This document shows, in pieces, positions 8,111 to 17,938 of a stretch of DNA of 36,991 nt (the stretch's first letter is position 1; each line of letters opens with the position of its first letter). The DNA is from Clostridiales bacterium (GTDB lineage Bacteria; Bacillota; Dehalobacteriia; UBA4068). The DNA is taken from NCBI GenBank assembly GCA_009783415.1, contig WRHF01000002.1, positions 1 through 36,991 on the forward strand. The letters are read 5' to 3'. The notes beneath the pieces are model-generated. The model did no database searches. It saw nothing but the letters and a program-made list of their open reading frames with translations, and had not been told where the DNA came from. The translations under genes and the position numbers were made by a program.

Positions 8111-11100
8111 TTATCCTCCAACAACCATGCGAAGAATAAGGGCGGCATCGGTGGTATCAACTACACCGTCGCCGTTAACGTCGCCCAAAAGCAGCGCTCT
8201 GGGAGTCCAGGGGATCAGGCCCACATACATTTGCAGTAGGATCATGGCATCTTCTGGCGTGACGAGGCCGTCGCCGTTGACATCACCCAATATCCCGAGG
8301 ACCAGGGTTCCGGGTATTACTATTGCTTCCAAATCAACCATGGCATCGGTAAAGGCAGCATATTGGATTTTTACCACTTCCAGGTTCAAGGGATAATCCC
8401 CGGATCCGGGAGCGGTGGCGGCCACTTGGTAGGTTACGGTAAAGAGCAGTCCGTCGCCTGCAACATTCTCTTCGGCAGCAAAGGCGATCCGCATCAGGCC
8501 GGGTTGGTATTTGGGGTTGGCTACAAAGAAGGGGGTATTCAAATCGCCGGCAGGCTTGGCTACGGTCGGCTGATAGATGCTGCTGTCATAGGGAACCAGC
8601 AGATCCAGGGTGGAAAAGCCGGATGTGTTGCCGCTGATCTTATAGGTGACATCCACAGTCCCGCCAGGTTTGCTTGCGGCGTCAGCCACTTCAATAGTTA
8701 CCGATTTTTCCGGCAGAGGAAATTCGACAGGGATAACCACATTGGTCACTTCATTATCCACATTGAAAGTAAAAGCGTTGTTGCCGGTATAAGCGGCGGA
8801 GTTAGTGCCGCCGGTGGTGAGGATCAGGGCCAAACGGTTCCCTGCCTTGGCAGTATGGACGGTGGGCTGCAGATAAAGGGTATAATCATGGAATACGCCG
8901 ATGCTTTCGCCCAGGTTGATGCGGTTATCGATATGAGAGGAGAGGCTGTCATAGCCGGAGTCGGGTTGGGCCAGGTTCATCCAGCCTTTGGCGATCTCGC
9001 GGTAGGTACCGGTGTTTGCCGGACGGAAACTGACCAGGTTGCCGCTTGCCAAGCCGCCGCCCAAGAAGGCGCCTCCGCTATCTATCACATCTCTTGAGAT
9101 GGTGGAGCCGACGGCATTACCGCCATAGTAGCGGAGGGTGGTTCCGGGTGCGGCTATTTCCACCAGTTTGGCATGGACCCTGACTTGGCTGTTTGAGGTG
9201 TTCAGGCTGCTGCCCAAGGTTGCCAGGGCAGCCCGGAAATTGATCTCTACGACACCCTTGACTGTTACGTTTTCGGGAAGCTCAATGGAATAAAGAGTGC
9301 TGGCCGCAGTGGGAAGATTGAGGAAGTTTTGCCAGCTGCTGGAGCCGTTGGCGCTGTTGATCAGGGTGTATTGATCGTCTGCGGCTGTGGTTGAGGCAGC
9401 CACAGGCTGGGATGGAACGCTGTTTGGGGCGGCAGTGATTTCGAGATCACCGGGAGGTAATATGTAATGATCCTCCGTATATTCCTCAGGTTCTTCATAT
9501 TCCCTTTGCAAAAGAGGATAAGGCGTCGGAGCAGGTGCAACCACGCGATGCCTACTGTCCAGGATCAGCTTCCTTTCGCTTTGCCAGGTGTCATAGCCGA
9601 TAAAATCCCCGGTCAGATTGTCCTGGGCCAGAACTTGGGGAAATTGATCCAGCACATTATTATCAACGTCATATAAGTAATGGCTGAACCACAAATTGAG
9701 CCAGCCGTCATAGGTATAGTCGCCGCAGGGCATGATGGTCGCGGTGCCCATGGAGGGAGTTGTATGATCGCCCTCATGCCAGAGCATTCTCGCCTCGACC
9801 CCGGCCTTTTGAGCAGCCTGATACATCAATACGGATTGCTTGGGGCGGACATTGTCGTCATTGACGCCGTGGACTATCAGCATGGGGGTTTTGATCTTGC
9901 TGGGACCCCAGTCTTTGAACCAGTTTTCAAGGGTATAGTCGCGGAGCGCCCAATGCTCGCCGTAGTTACCGGTCAAGACAGTCGCCTCCTGTAACATCTG
10001 CTGGAGATAGCCGGCCTGCCTGTCGCGTACGCTAAGCCAGTCCGGGGATCCCAAACGGCTGTTGATATACCAAGCCATGCCCGGAGTATAAGTTACCCCT
10101 CCGTTGATCGCGCCTTGCTGGTTTTGGTATTCATAATAGCTGGAGATGCCGGCCACGGGGACAATGGTCCTGAGGCCCTCGACTCCGCTGGTGATCACTC
10201 CGAAGGGGGTGGTGCCGGCATATGACCTGCCTGTCATGCCGACAAGGCCGTTGGACCAATCGGAGGCTTTGACTTCTGTTGTGCCTGTTTTATCGGAATA
10301 AGCCTTTTGTTTGCCGGTGATCCAATCGACAACGCATTTAAAAGCATCGATTTCAATATCCGCTCCATAGGTGGATAAACCTTCGCCGGCAACGGTGCCC
10401 AGACCGGCGCTGGAAACGATGGCAAAACCGCGGACCAAAAAGTAGTCATATGTGTTTAAGTTTGACATATTATTGGGGTTGGCAGCGGTGTAATCGACGG
10501 TAGCGGTACAGGCGGTTTGATTATAGGTATAATTATAACGCCAGTCCCGGTAGTTGGCATTTGTTACCATTTCTTTGGTGGTGGCTACCCCGGTGGGGAC
10601 ACGGGGCGGAGCTGTTCCGTGCAGCTTATCATGGGTAAAAGGGCCATTGGCCGCAAGCCAGGCAAGTCCGGGGGCCGTCATCAGAGTGTTGGTATGGACA
10701 CTGCCGTTGGTGCCTTCGATATAGGGGCGGGCCTCATATATTGTGGAGACTTTCATACCTTGGTCCACAGCGGCCCGGGGGAGCTGCACCACAACTTTGA
10801 TCAGGTCGAGCTTGCCGTCGCCGTCAGTATCGAAGTTGGTTTCAACATAGACAATGAAACGGGCCGCGCCTTCTCCGGTGGTGTCATAATAAGTAGAATT
10901 GCCAAAAGGGAAGATGGGCTGGGCCAGGCCCTTGACGAAATAAGGCTCCGGGGGATTTTTGGCCAAGGCATCACGAAGCCCATTATAGGCGCCGGCCATG
11001 GCAGCGTCCATTTGCGCTGCAATTTCAGGGGTGACATCAGCTGTTGGCTGATAATCCCAGTTGTCGAGGAAACCCAGGCTTTCGGCAAGCATGTCCTTGT

Positions 11101-11284
11101 CTCTGTCAACAGTACCTATTGCCAAATCCTTCATGCCGGCAGATTTAAGCAGGGACACTAGATACTCCCTTTGGGTGCCAAGTTCCTCCTCGGTAGCTGC
11201 GGTGAGAGTCAGAGCAGGTATCAGCGTCAGTGCAAGTACCGCTGCCATGGCTATCACCAAAAGTTGCTTCTTCATTGTTCTCAT
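8111..11284 (-). CDS. S15 peptidase-cohesin-dockerin, paralog 2
   Basis: Same architecture; GRSYAG, HGVNDDNV, EGDH; AGGAGG RBS. Confidence 0.88.
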   Translation of the reverse strand: MRTMKKQLLVIAMAAVLALTLIPALTLTAATEEELGTQREYLVSLLKSAGMKDLAIGTVDRDKDMLAESLGFLDNWDYQPTADVTPEIAAQMDAAMAGAYNGLRDALAKNPPEPYFVKGLAQPIFPFGNSTYYDTTGEGAARFIVYVETNFDTDGDGKLDLIKVVVQLPRAAVDQGMKVSTIYEARPYIEGTNGSVHTNTLMTAPGLAWLAANGPFTHDKLHGTAPPRVPTGVATTKEMVTNANYRDWRYNYTYNQTACTATVDYTAANPNNMSNLNTYDYFLVRGFAIVSSAGLGTVAGEGLSTYGADIEIDAFKCVVDWITGKQKAYSDKTGTTEVKASDWSNGLVGMTGRSYAGTTPFGVITSGVEGLRTIVPVAGISSYYEYQNQQGAINGGVTYTPGMAWYINSRLGSPDWLSVRDRQAGYLQQMLQEATVLTGNYGEHWALRDYTLENWFKDWGPSKIKTPMLIVHGVNDDNVRPKQSVLMYQAAQKAGVEARMLWHEGDHTTPSMGTATIMPCGDYTYDGWLNLWFSHYLYDVDNNVLDQFPQVLAQDNLTGDFIGYDTWQSERKLILDSRHRVVAPAPTPYPLLQREYEEPEEYTEDHYILPPGDLEITAAPNSVPSQPVAASTTAADDQYTLINSANGSSSWQNFLNLPTAASTLYSIELPENVTVKGVVEINFRAALATLGSSLNTSNSQVRVHAKLVEIAAPGTTLRYYGGNAVGSTISRDVIDSGGAFLGGGLASGNLVSFRPANTGTYREIAKGWMNLAQPDSGYDSLSSHIDNRINLGESIGVFHDYTLYLQPTVHTAKAGNRLALILTTGGTNSAAYTGNNAFTFNVDNEVTNVVIPVEFPLPEKSVTIEVADAASKPGGTVDVTYKISGNTSGFSTLDLLVPYDSSIYQPTVAKPAGDLNTPFFVANPKYQPGLMRIAFAAEENVAGDGLLFTVTYQVAATAPGSGDYPLNLEVVKIQYAAFTDAMVDLEAIVIPGTLVLGILGDVNGDGLVTPEDAMILLQMYVGLIPWTPRALLLGDVNGDGVVDTTDAALILRMVVGG

Positions 11285-11564
11285 ACTTTTCCCTCCTAAT
11301 ATAATTTTATTACATAGATTACCATGTAATCCATGTTTTGTTATTTTTTCGTGGAAAAAAAGCAAAATCCTTTATTTATATTTAACAAATTTTACCAGTA
11401 TGGTTTTTTCTGGCAAAATCGTATATTTTTCAACAATTTTACAAGTATATCTACAATATATCTATAAAAATGAGGAAAAAATAAAACTTCAAGCTGCAGT
11501 TTTGTTGACATTTCTCTTTTTTTCATAATTGAATATTAGTGAATATGGATATCAAGCAAGGTAC

Positions 11565-11593
11565 TTGACATTTAAATGTAGTATTGATACAAT
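11565..11593 (+). promoter_or_regulatory. sigma-A promoter of the lipase-like gene
   Basis: TTGACA-17 bp-TACAAT with extended TG; overlapping palindrome ACATTTAAATGT. Confidence 0.65.
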
Positions 11594-11709
11594 GTTTTTA
11601 CTAGGGATTCAATTACATTTTTCGACTTAATATCCGCAAATGTCTAAAGAATTGTGGATTTTAAGATATTACCGGCAAAAAAATAAAAAACTACGAAAGG
11701 AAAAAAATC

Positions 11710-14466
11710 ATGAAAAAGAAAAGTATTATTTTGAAAACCGTTATTTTCTCTCTAGTTCTTGTCACAGTGCTATCCCTGACAGCTGCATCCTTTATTGTCC
11801 AGGCGGCTACTCCCAAAAAAGCGATTTACATACTGCCGGGGTATTTGGAATCACAGATTTACAGCAAAAAGTACCCCGGTGTCACAATTTGGCCGGGAAT
11901 TGGCCTGGGGACAGAAATTGCCTTGGACGCCATGGGCCAGCAAGCCGAGATGGTCAACAATGCCAATGGGACAGGCATGGTAGCTTATGCGGACAGGAAC
12001 CGGGATACCTCCGGGGTGATAGGGCTTTTCCTCCCCATGATCACCAGCATCAAAACCTGCCTGGCTGCTAACGGGCTGAGTAATACCTATAATGTGGAGT
12101 TTTTCTCTTATAATACCCTGGCGGATCTAAACGACACCGCCAAAGAGCTGGCCGCCGATATCAAGGCCAAGGGGTATGACAGTGTCATCCTGATCTGCCA
12201 CAGCAATGGCGGCCTGCTGGCATCCACCTATATTGCCCAAAGCGCAACAAACAAGAATAAGGTCGAAAAAGCGATCTGCGTCGCCACACCTCTGTTGGGT
12301 ACCTACATCGCTCTGGAGCCTGTGGAAACCGGCTCCGTGACCCTGATGAGCGAGTCATTTGCCTCGGGCCTTTTGAAACTGGGCTACGATACCTTTTTGA
12401 ATCCCATATCAAAGCAATGGGTACAGCACTGGGCGAAAAATTCCCCGAATACATACCAGCTGCAAATCGGAAATGAGTATGTCAGCAGGATCCCCATCCT
12501 GAACAGAACAGCCACAGGGACACAGGCTGTCGCCAATCCGGCGGATTATTATTCGCTGCTAACCAAAAGCCCCAATACCAATAATACACTTGTTAACGGC
12601 GGCAGCAGAAGTTTGAAATATTTACGGGAAACTGTATTCAGCAAAGATGTTTTGTCGAAATGGTCGGGTATCGACATGACCATGATCGCCTGCGAATACG
12701 GTTGTGTAACGCCGTTCAGTGCGATTTACCATATGTCAGGCACCAAAGCCATCTATGACGGCCAGATCTATAATAAAGACGGCGACACCTTTGTCAACAA
12801 AATGAGTATGAACGGCGACGGCCGCTTTCCTTGTGTCAATATTCCCAATACCACTCATATCGAGATCGTAGCCGACTCCCGGACCCTGTCCACCATCAAC
12901 AACATTCTTCTGGACAGGCCGGTTTCCGACTATGGCAACACATCATCCACCGTCGGAATGTCGGACATGATCCGGGTAGAGATCAAAAGCCAGGATCCCT
13001 TGTCTTTCCCCACTATGGGCAATGCCGGACTCAGCGTAAAGATTTTTAATAAAATGGGCATTATGGTCGCCCAATCTCAAGGCGAGGCTCAAATGGGCTT
13101 TTCGCTGAATAACTTTGTTTATACTTCATGGAGTACGAGCGAGAACGTAACCAACATTGTCTGCTATATTCCCAAGAGCGGTTATACAATGGATGTATTC
13201 AGCGGAAATATTAACCGGTCGGCAAGTGACCTCAAGATTTATACTGAATCACTGGATCGTTCCGGGGCTTTCCTCTCCCAAAATGAGTACAAAGTGACCG
13301 GGGCTAATCTGCTGACCGGTTTGGCCTTTACTCTGGATCCCAGCAAGTCCATGGCCCCCTCCGCCTCCCTTGGATCCAAGGTTACCACCACCGCGACTGT
13401 GACCTATAAACAAAATTGGCAGTTTACTTCTCCGACTATGGCTCTGATCCAGGGAGAAACCGTAACACCCACGGTCACCGGACCGGATGCTTCTTCCATG
13501 GTCAACAGCAATTATACCTGGACTTCTTCCAATACGGCTGTGGCCACTGTGTCTGCGGCCGGTGCGATCAAAGCAGTGGGGCCCGGAACGGCTGTGATCA
13601 CGGCGACAGCCAAAGACGGCAGCTGCAAAATCGAACCCATTACAGTGAATGTAACCAAAAAATTCACCGTTACCTTTGACGCCCAAGGCGGCAGCCCCGT
13701 ACCTCCCTCTGTGATAGTCGACAACGGGATGCCGGTTTCCCAACCCGCCGACCCGGCGAAGGAAGGCTATGTTTTCACAGGCTGGTACAGCGGAACAAAA
13801 GTATATGATTTCAGCAAACCCGTCACCGCCAACCTGACCCTGACCGCCAAATGGACGCAACTCACCAGCACCGTCACCTTTGACAGCCAGGGCGGTACCG
13901 CCAAAGCAGCCGCAAAGGTCAACTACGGAGCCAAAGTAAGCAAGCCCACCAACCCGACCAAGACCGGCCATGTCTTCAATGGCTGGTATCTGAACGGTGT
14001 ACTCTATGATTTCAATACGCCTGTCACCTCAAATATCACCCTGACAGCAGTGTGGACCGCCAACTCCTATACCGTCAAATTTGACGCCCAGGGCGGCGCC
14101 CCCGCACCTGCCAACACAACGGCGGATTACGGGACGACGGTAACTCAGCCCGCTGACCCGGCGAAGGAAGGTTTCATCTTTTTGGGTTGGTACAGCGGCA
14201 CAAAAGTCTATAATTTCAGCACAGCCGTCACCGCCAACCTGACCCTAACCGCAAAATGGGAACAGATCACCTGCACCGTCACCTTTGATTCCCAAGGCGG
14301 CACCGCCAAAGCAGCCGCAAAGGTCAAATACGGAGCCAAGGCAAGCAAGCCCACCAACCCGACCAAGAGCGGCAGCACTTTCGACGGCTGGTACTTAAAC
14401 GGCGTGCTTTACGATTTCAGTACTCCTGTCACTACTGATATCACCCTGACGGCGGCATGGCGTTAG
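11710..14466 (+). CDS. Secreted alpha/beta hydrolase (LCAT/PGAP1 lipase-like) with Big_2 Ig domain and four InlB B-repeats
   Basis: Signal peptide; ILPGYLES, CHSNGG, ATPLLG, DGDTFV, His in TTHIE; WTSSNTAVATV; four VxFDxQGG...F.GWY...YDF...VT..LTLTA.W repeats. Confidence 0.82.
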   Translation: MKKKSIILKTVIFSLVLVTVLSLTAASFIVQAATPKKAIYILPGYLESQIYSKKYPGVTIWPGIGLGTEIALDAMGQQAEMVNNANGTGMVAYADRNRDTSGVIGLFLPMITSIKTCLAANGLSNTYNVEFFSYNTLADLNDTAKELAADIKAKGYDSVILICHSNGGLLASTYIAQSATNKNKVEKAICVATPLLGTYIALEPVETGSVTLMSESFASGLLKLGYDTFLNPISKQWVQHWAKNSPNTYQLQIGNEYVSRIPILNRTATGTQAVANPADYYSLLTKSPNTNNTLVNGGSRSLKYLRETVFSKDVLSKWSGIDMTMIACEYGCVTPFSAIYHMSGTKAIYDGQIYNKDGDTFVNKMSMNGDGRFPCVNIPNTTHIEIVADSRTLSTINNILLDRPVSDYGNTSSTVGMSDMIRVEIKSQDPLSFPTMGNAGLSVKIFNKMGIMVAQSQGEAQMGFSLNNFVYTSWSTSENVTNIVCYIPKSGYTMDVFSGNINRSASDLKIYTESLDRSGAFLSQNEYKVTGANLLTGLAFTLDPSKSMAPSASLGSKVTTTATVTYKQNWQFTSPTMALIQGETVTPTVTGPDASSMVNSNYTWTSSNTAVATVSAAGAIKAVGPGTAVITATAKDGSCKIEPITVNVTKKFTVTFDAQGGSPVPPSVIVDNGMPVSQPADPAKEGYVFTGWYSGTKVYDFSKPVTANLTLTAKWTQLTSTVTFDSQGGTAKAAAKVNYGAKVSKPTNPTKTGHVFNGWYLNGVLYDFNTPVTSNITLTAVWTANSYTVKFDAQGGAPAPANTTADYGTTVTQPADPAKEGFIFLGWYSGTKVYNFSTAVTANLTLTAKWEQITCTVTFDSQGGTAKAAAKVKYGAKASKPTNPTKSGSTFDGWYLNGVLYDFSTPVTTDITLTAAWR
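13663..14463 (+). repeat. Intragenic A-B-A-B tandem duplication of InlB B-repeats
   Basis: QPADPAKEG units alternate with KPTNPTK units; near-identical DNA about 405 bp apart. Confidence 0.85.
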
Positions 14467-14508
14467 GTCAGTTGCTTTAAATCACCAATAAAAGATCACA
14501 GAAAATAT

Positions 14509-14556
14509 AAAGAGCGGGAAAGGGATAGCTGTCTATGCTATCCCTTTCCCGCTTTT
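14509..14556. terminator. Bidirectional terminator between the lipase-like gene and peptidase 3
   Basis: AGCGGGAAAGGGATAGC...GCTATCCCTTTCCCGCT with A and T flanks. Confidence 0.8.
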
Positions 14557-14683
14557 ATATTGCGGGGGTGTCCGCAAGCTGGCTCCCCCCGGCGCTTCGC
14601 GCCACCCCCCTCTGGGAGGCAATGTCAACAACTTAACAGAAGAATGCTTACTAATTCATAATTTTCCTTTATCCTTTTTCAAT

Positions 14684-17600
14684 TTACCCACCTACTACCA
14701 TGCGAAGGATCAAAGCAGCATCAGTAGTATCAATTACCCCGTCGCCATTAACATCGCCCAAAAGCAGAGCTCTGGGAGTCCAGGGGATCAGGCCTACATA
14801 CATCTGCAAGAGAACCATTGCATCTTCGGGTGTGATAGCGCCGTCGCCGTTGATGTCGCCCAATATGCCAAGAACCAAGGTTCCCGGGATCACAGTTGCC
14901 TCCAAATCAAGCATAGCATCCGAAAAGGTCCCGAACTGGATTTTAACCACTTTAACATCCAGGGGACAGCTTCCGGTCAAGGGGATGGTGGCGGCTATTT
15001 GGTAGGTAACGGTAAAGAGGAGCCCGTCGCCGCTCACATTTTCCTGGGCGGCAAAGGCGATCTTCATCAGGTCGGTTTGATAGTTGGGGTTGGCCACAAA
15101 GAAGGGGCTATTTAAATCGCCGGCAGGCTTGACCGCGATCGGGGTATAGATATTATGGTCATAGGGTACGGACAGATCCAGGGTGGAAAAACCGAGATCA
15201 TTGCCGCTGATTTTATAGGTAACATCCACAGTTCCCCCGGGTTTGCCCCAGGCATCAGCCACTTCAATAGTTACCGAATTATCGCTGAGAGGGAATTCGA
15301 CGGGAATGACCACATTGGTCGCTTCGTTATCGACATTGAAGGAGAAAGCGCTGGTACCGCTATAAGCGGCGGAATTGGTGCCGCCGGTGGTAAGGATCAG
15401 GGCCAGCCTGTTCCCGGCCTTGGCAGTATGGGCGCAAGGCTGCAGATAAAGGGTATAGTCATGGAATACGCCGATGCTTTCGTTCAGATTGATGCGGTTA
15501 TCGATATGAGAGCTGGAGGGAGTATAACCGGAATTAGGTTGGGCCAGGTTCATCCAGCCTCTGGCGATCTCTCTGTAAGTACCGGTGGTCGTGGGAGTGA
15601 AGCGGACCAAATTGGAGCTGCTCAAGCCGCCGCCCCTATAGACGCCTCCGCTGAGGACTGTAGATGTGGCGGGGCTGTCACCGACAGCATTGCCGCCGTA
15701 GTAGCGGAGGGTGGCGCCAGGTGCGGCAATTTCCACCAGCTTGGCATGGACCCGGATTTGGCTGTTTGAGGTAAAGAGGGCGCTGCCCAGGGTTTCGAGG
15801 GCTGCCCGGAAATTGATCGCTACAACACCCCTGACCGTTACATCTTCGGGAAGTACCAGAGAATAGAGGGTGCTGGCTGCGGTGGGAAGATCAAGGAAGT
15901 TTTGCCAGCTGGCGCTGCCGTTGACGCTGTTGATGAGAGTGTATTTGTCATCAGCTGCAGTATCCGAGACAACAAAGGGCAGGCCCTCGTCACTGCCGGC
16001 TTTATCTGCAGCGGCATTCTTTTGGCTATCTGCAGGCGGTAAGCCGCCCAATAGGTAAAAGTCGTCCTCATTTTCCACGGGTTCTTCATATCTCAGATCG
16101 GAAAAATCATAGGGTGTCCCGGGAGTAGCGACCACCCGGTTCTTGTTGTCCAGGACGAGCTTATTGGCGGTATCAAAAGAGTCATAACCTACATAATCAC
16201 CCGTCAGATTGTCTTGGGCAAAGAATTCGGGCATCATATCCAGTACATTATTGTCAACTTTATAGAGAAAATGGCTGTACCACAAGTTTTGCCATTCCTG
16301 GTAAATATAGTCGCCCATTTGATGATTGGTGGGGGTCATATGAGCGCCCTGATCCCAGATAAACCTGGCCTCGACGCCGGCTTTTTGAGCCATTTGATAC
16401 ATCAATACCGATTGTTTGGGACGGACATTGTTATCATTGGTACCATGGACTATCAGCATGGGAGTTTTCATCTTGCTGGGACCCCAATCCTTGTACCAAC
16501 CATCCAGGGTATAGTCGCGGCGGGCCCAGTGCTCACCGTAATTACCGGTAAGAACAGTCGCCTCATTCAACATTTGCTGCATATACCCGATCTGCCTGGC
16601 CCGGATCGGCGAGCCGGGCGCCCAGTCCGGGGAACCGATCCGGCTGAGGGGATACCAAACCATGCCGGGGGTATAGCCGGCGCTGCCGTTGATCGCGCCT
16701 TGCTGGTTTTGATAATCGTAATAGCTGGTAACGCCGCAGACAGGGATAATAGTCTCAAGGCCCTCGACCCCGCTGGTGGCGATCCCGCAGGGGGTGCTGC
16801 CTCCGTATGAGGTGCCTGTCATACCGACAAGGCCGTTGGACCAGTCGGCTTTGATCTCGATATTGCTTGTTTTGTCGGTATAGGCTTTGGCCCTGCCGTT
16901 AAGCCAATCAATAACGCATTTATAGGCATCGATCTCAATATCCGCTCCGTAGGTAGCCAGGCCTTCCCCGGCGACGGTGGAGAGGCCGGCGGTTGAAACC
17001 AGGGCATAACCGCGGACCACGAAATAATCATGCAGGTTCAGGCTGCCGACTTGATTCCCATTGGCGACGCCCCATACTACAGTAGCATCGAGGGTGCTGG
17101 CGTTGTAGGTATAGCTATAGCGCCAATCCTGCCATCTGGCATTGGCTGCCATTTCCTGGGTGGTGGCAATGCCCGCGGGAACACGGGGCGGGACTATGAG
17201 GTGAAGCTTCTCATGCTCAAAGGGTCCGTTGGCGGCAAGATAGGCGATCCCTTCGGGCTGCACCCCGGCGGGATAGGAGACACTGGATCCGTTTGTGCCT
17301 TCATTGTAGGGCTGGGCATGATAAATCGTAGCGCATTTCATGCCTTTCTCCACGGCGGCTCGGGGAAGCTGCACCACAACCTTGATCAGGTCGAGCTTGC
17401 CGTCGGCATCGGTGTCATAACCGGTCTCGACATAAACGAGAAAACGGACTACGCCCTCTCCGCTGGTGTCATAGTATGAAGAGTTGCCGTAGGGGAAGAT
17501 AGGCTGGGCCATGCCATTGACAAAATATGGCTCCATGGGTACTTTGGCCAATGCTGTACGGAGACCGTTATAGGCATCAGCCATAGCGGCGTCCATTTGG

Positions 17601-17863
17601 GCCGCGATTTCCGCTGTTACATCGGCTGTGGGGTTATAATCCCAATTATCCAGGAATCCCAGGCTTTTGGCCAGCAAGTCCTTGTCATTATTACTGGTGC
17701 CCATAGCCGAATCCAACATGCCGGCGGATTTGATCATTGCAGTTACATAATCACGTTGGGTACCGAATTCATCATCTGTCGCCGCAGTGAGAGTGATAGC
17801 AGGTATCAGGCTCAGCATAAGCACTGCTGCTATAGCTATCACCAAAATTTTATTGTTCTTCAT
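14684..17863 (-). CDS. S15 peptidase-cohesin-dockerin, paralog 3
   Basis: Same architecture; GTSYGG, HGTNDNNV, QGAH; start MKNNK after AGGAGG; probably co-transcribed with paralog 4. Confidence 0.88.
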   Translation of the reverse strand: MKNNKILVIAIAAVLMLSLIPAITLTAATDDEFGTQRDYVTAMIKSAGMLDSAMGTSNNDKDLLAKSLGFLDNWDYNPTADVTAEIAAQMDAAMADAYNGLRTALAKVPMEPYFVNGMAQPIFPYGNSSYYDTSGEGVVRFLVYVETGYDTDADGKLDLIKVVVQLPRAAVEKGMKCATIYHAQPYNEGTNGSSVSYPAGVQPEGIAYLAANGPFEHEKLHLIVPPRVPAGIATTQEMAANARWQDWRYSYTYNASTLDATVVWGVANGNQVGSLNLHDYFVVRGYALVSTAGLSTVAGEGLATYGADIEIDAYKCVIDWLNGRAKAYTDKTSNIEIKADWSNGLVGMTGTSYGGSTPCGIATSGVEGLETIIPVCGVTSYYDYQNQQGAINGSAGYTPGMVWYPLSRIGSPDWAPGSPIRARQIGYMQQMLNEATVLTGNYGEHWARRDYTLDGWYKDWGPSKMKTPMLIVHGTNDNNVRPKQSVLMYQMAQKAGVEARFIWDQGAHMTPTNHQMGDYIYQEWQNLWYSHFLYKVDNNVLDMMPEFFAQDNLTGDYVGYDSFDTANKLVLDNKNRVVATPGTPYDFSDLRYEEPVENEDDFYLLGGLPPADSQKNAAADKAGSDEGLPFVVSDTAADDKYTLINSVNGSASWQNFLDLPTAASTLYSLVLPEDVTVRGVVAINFRAALETLGSALFTSNSQIRVHAKLVEIAAPGATLRYYGGNAVGDSPATSTVLSGGVYRGGGLSSSNLVRFTPTTTGTYREIARGWMNLAQPNSGYTPSSSHIDNRINLNESIGVFHDYTLYLQPCAHTAKAGNRLALILTTGGTNSAAYSGTSAFSFNVDNEATNVVIPVEFPLSDNSVTIEVADAWGKPGGTVDVTYKISGNDLGFSTLDLSVPYDHNIYTPIAVKPAGDLNSPFFVANPNYQTDLMKIAFAAQENVSGDGLLFTVTYQIAATIPLTGSCPLDVKVVKIQFGTFSDAMLDLEATVIPGTLVLGILGDINGDGAITPEDAMVLLQMYVGLIPWTPRALLLGDVNGDGVIDTTDAALILRMVVGG

Positions 17864-17884
17864 ATTTTTCCCTCCTATTTTTAG

Positions 17885-17935
17885 TTTATCCTTTATCCTT
17901 TTTCCTTTATCCTTTTTCCTTTGTCCTTTTTCCAT
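17885..17935. repeat. Heptamer tandem repeat (TTTATCC/TTTTTCC)n
   Basis: About 7 units filling the gap between paralogs 4 and 3; related arrays at 4587-4615 and 14661-14682. Confidence 0.85.
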
Positions 17936-17938
17936 TTA

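Noticed and set aside
17864-17935. Lys-rich N-terminal extension MEKGQRKKDKGKRIKDK of paralog 3
   Set aside because: It is the translated heptamer repeat; the RBS and signal peptide fit a start at 17863
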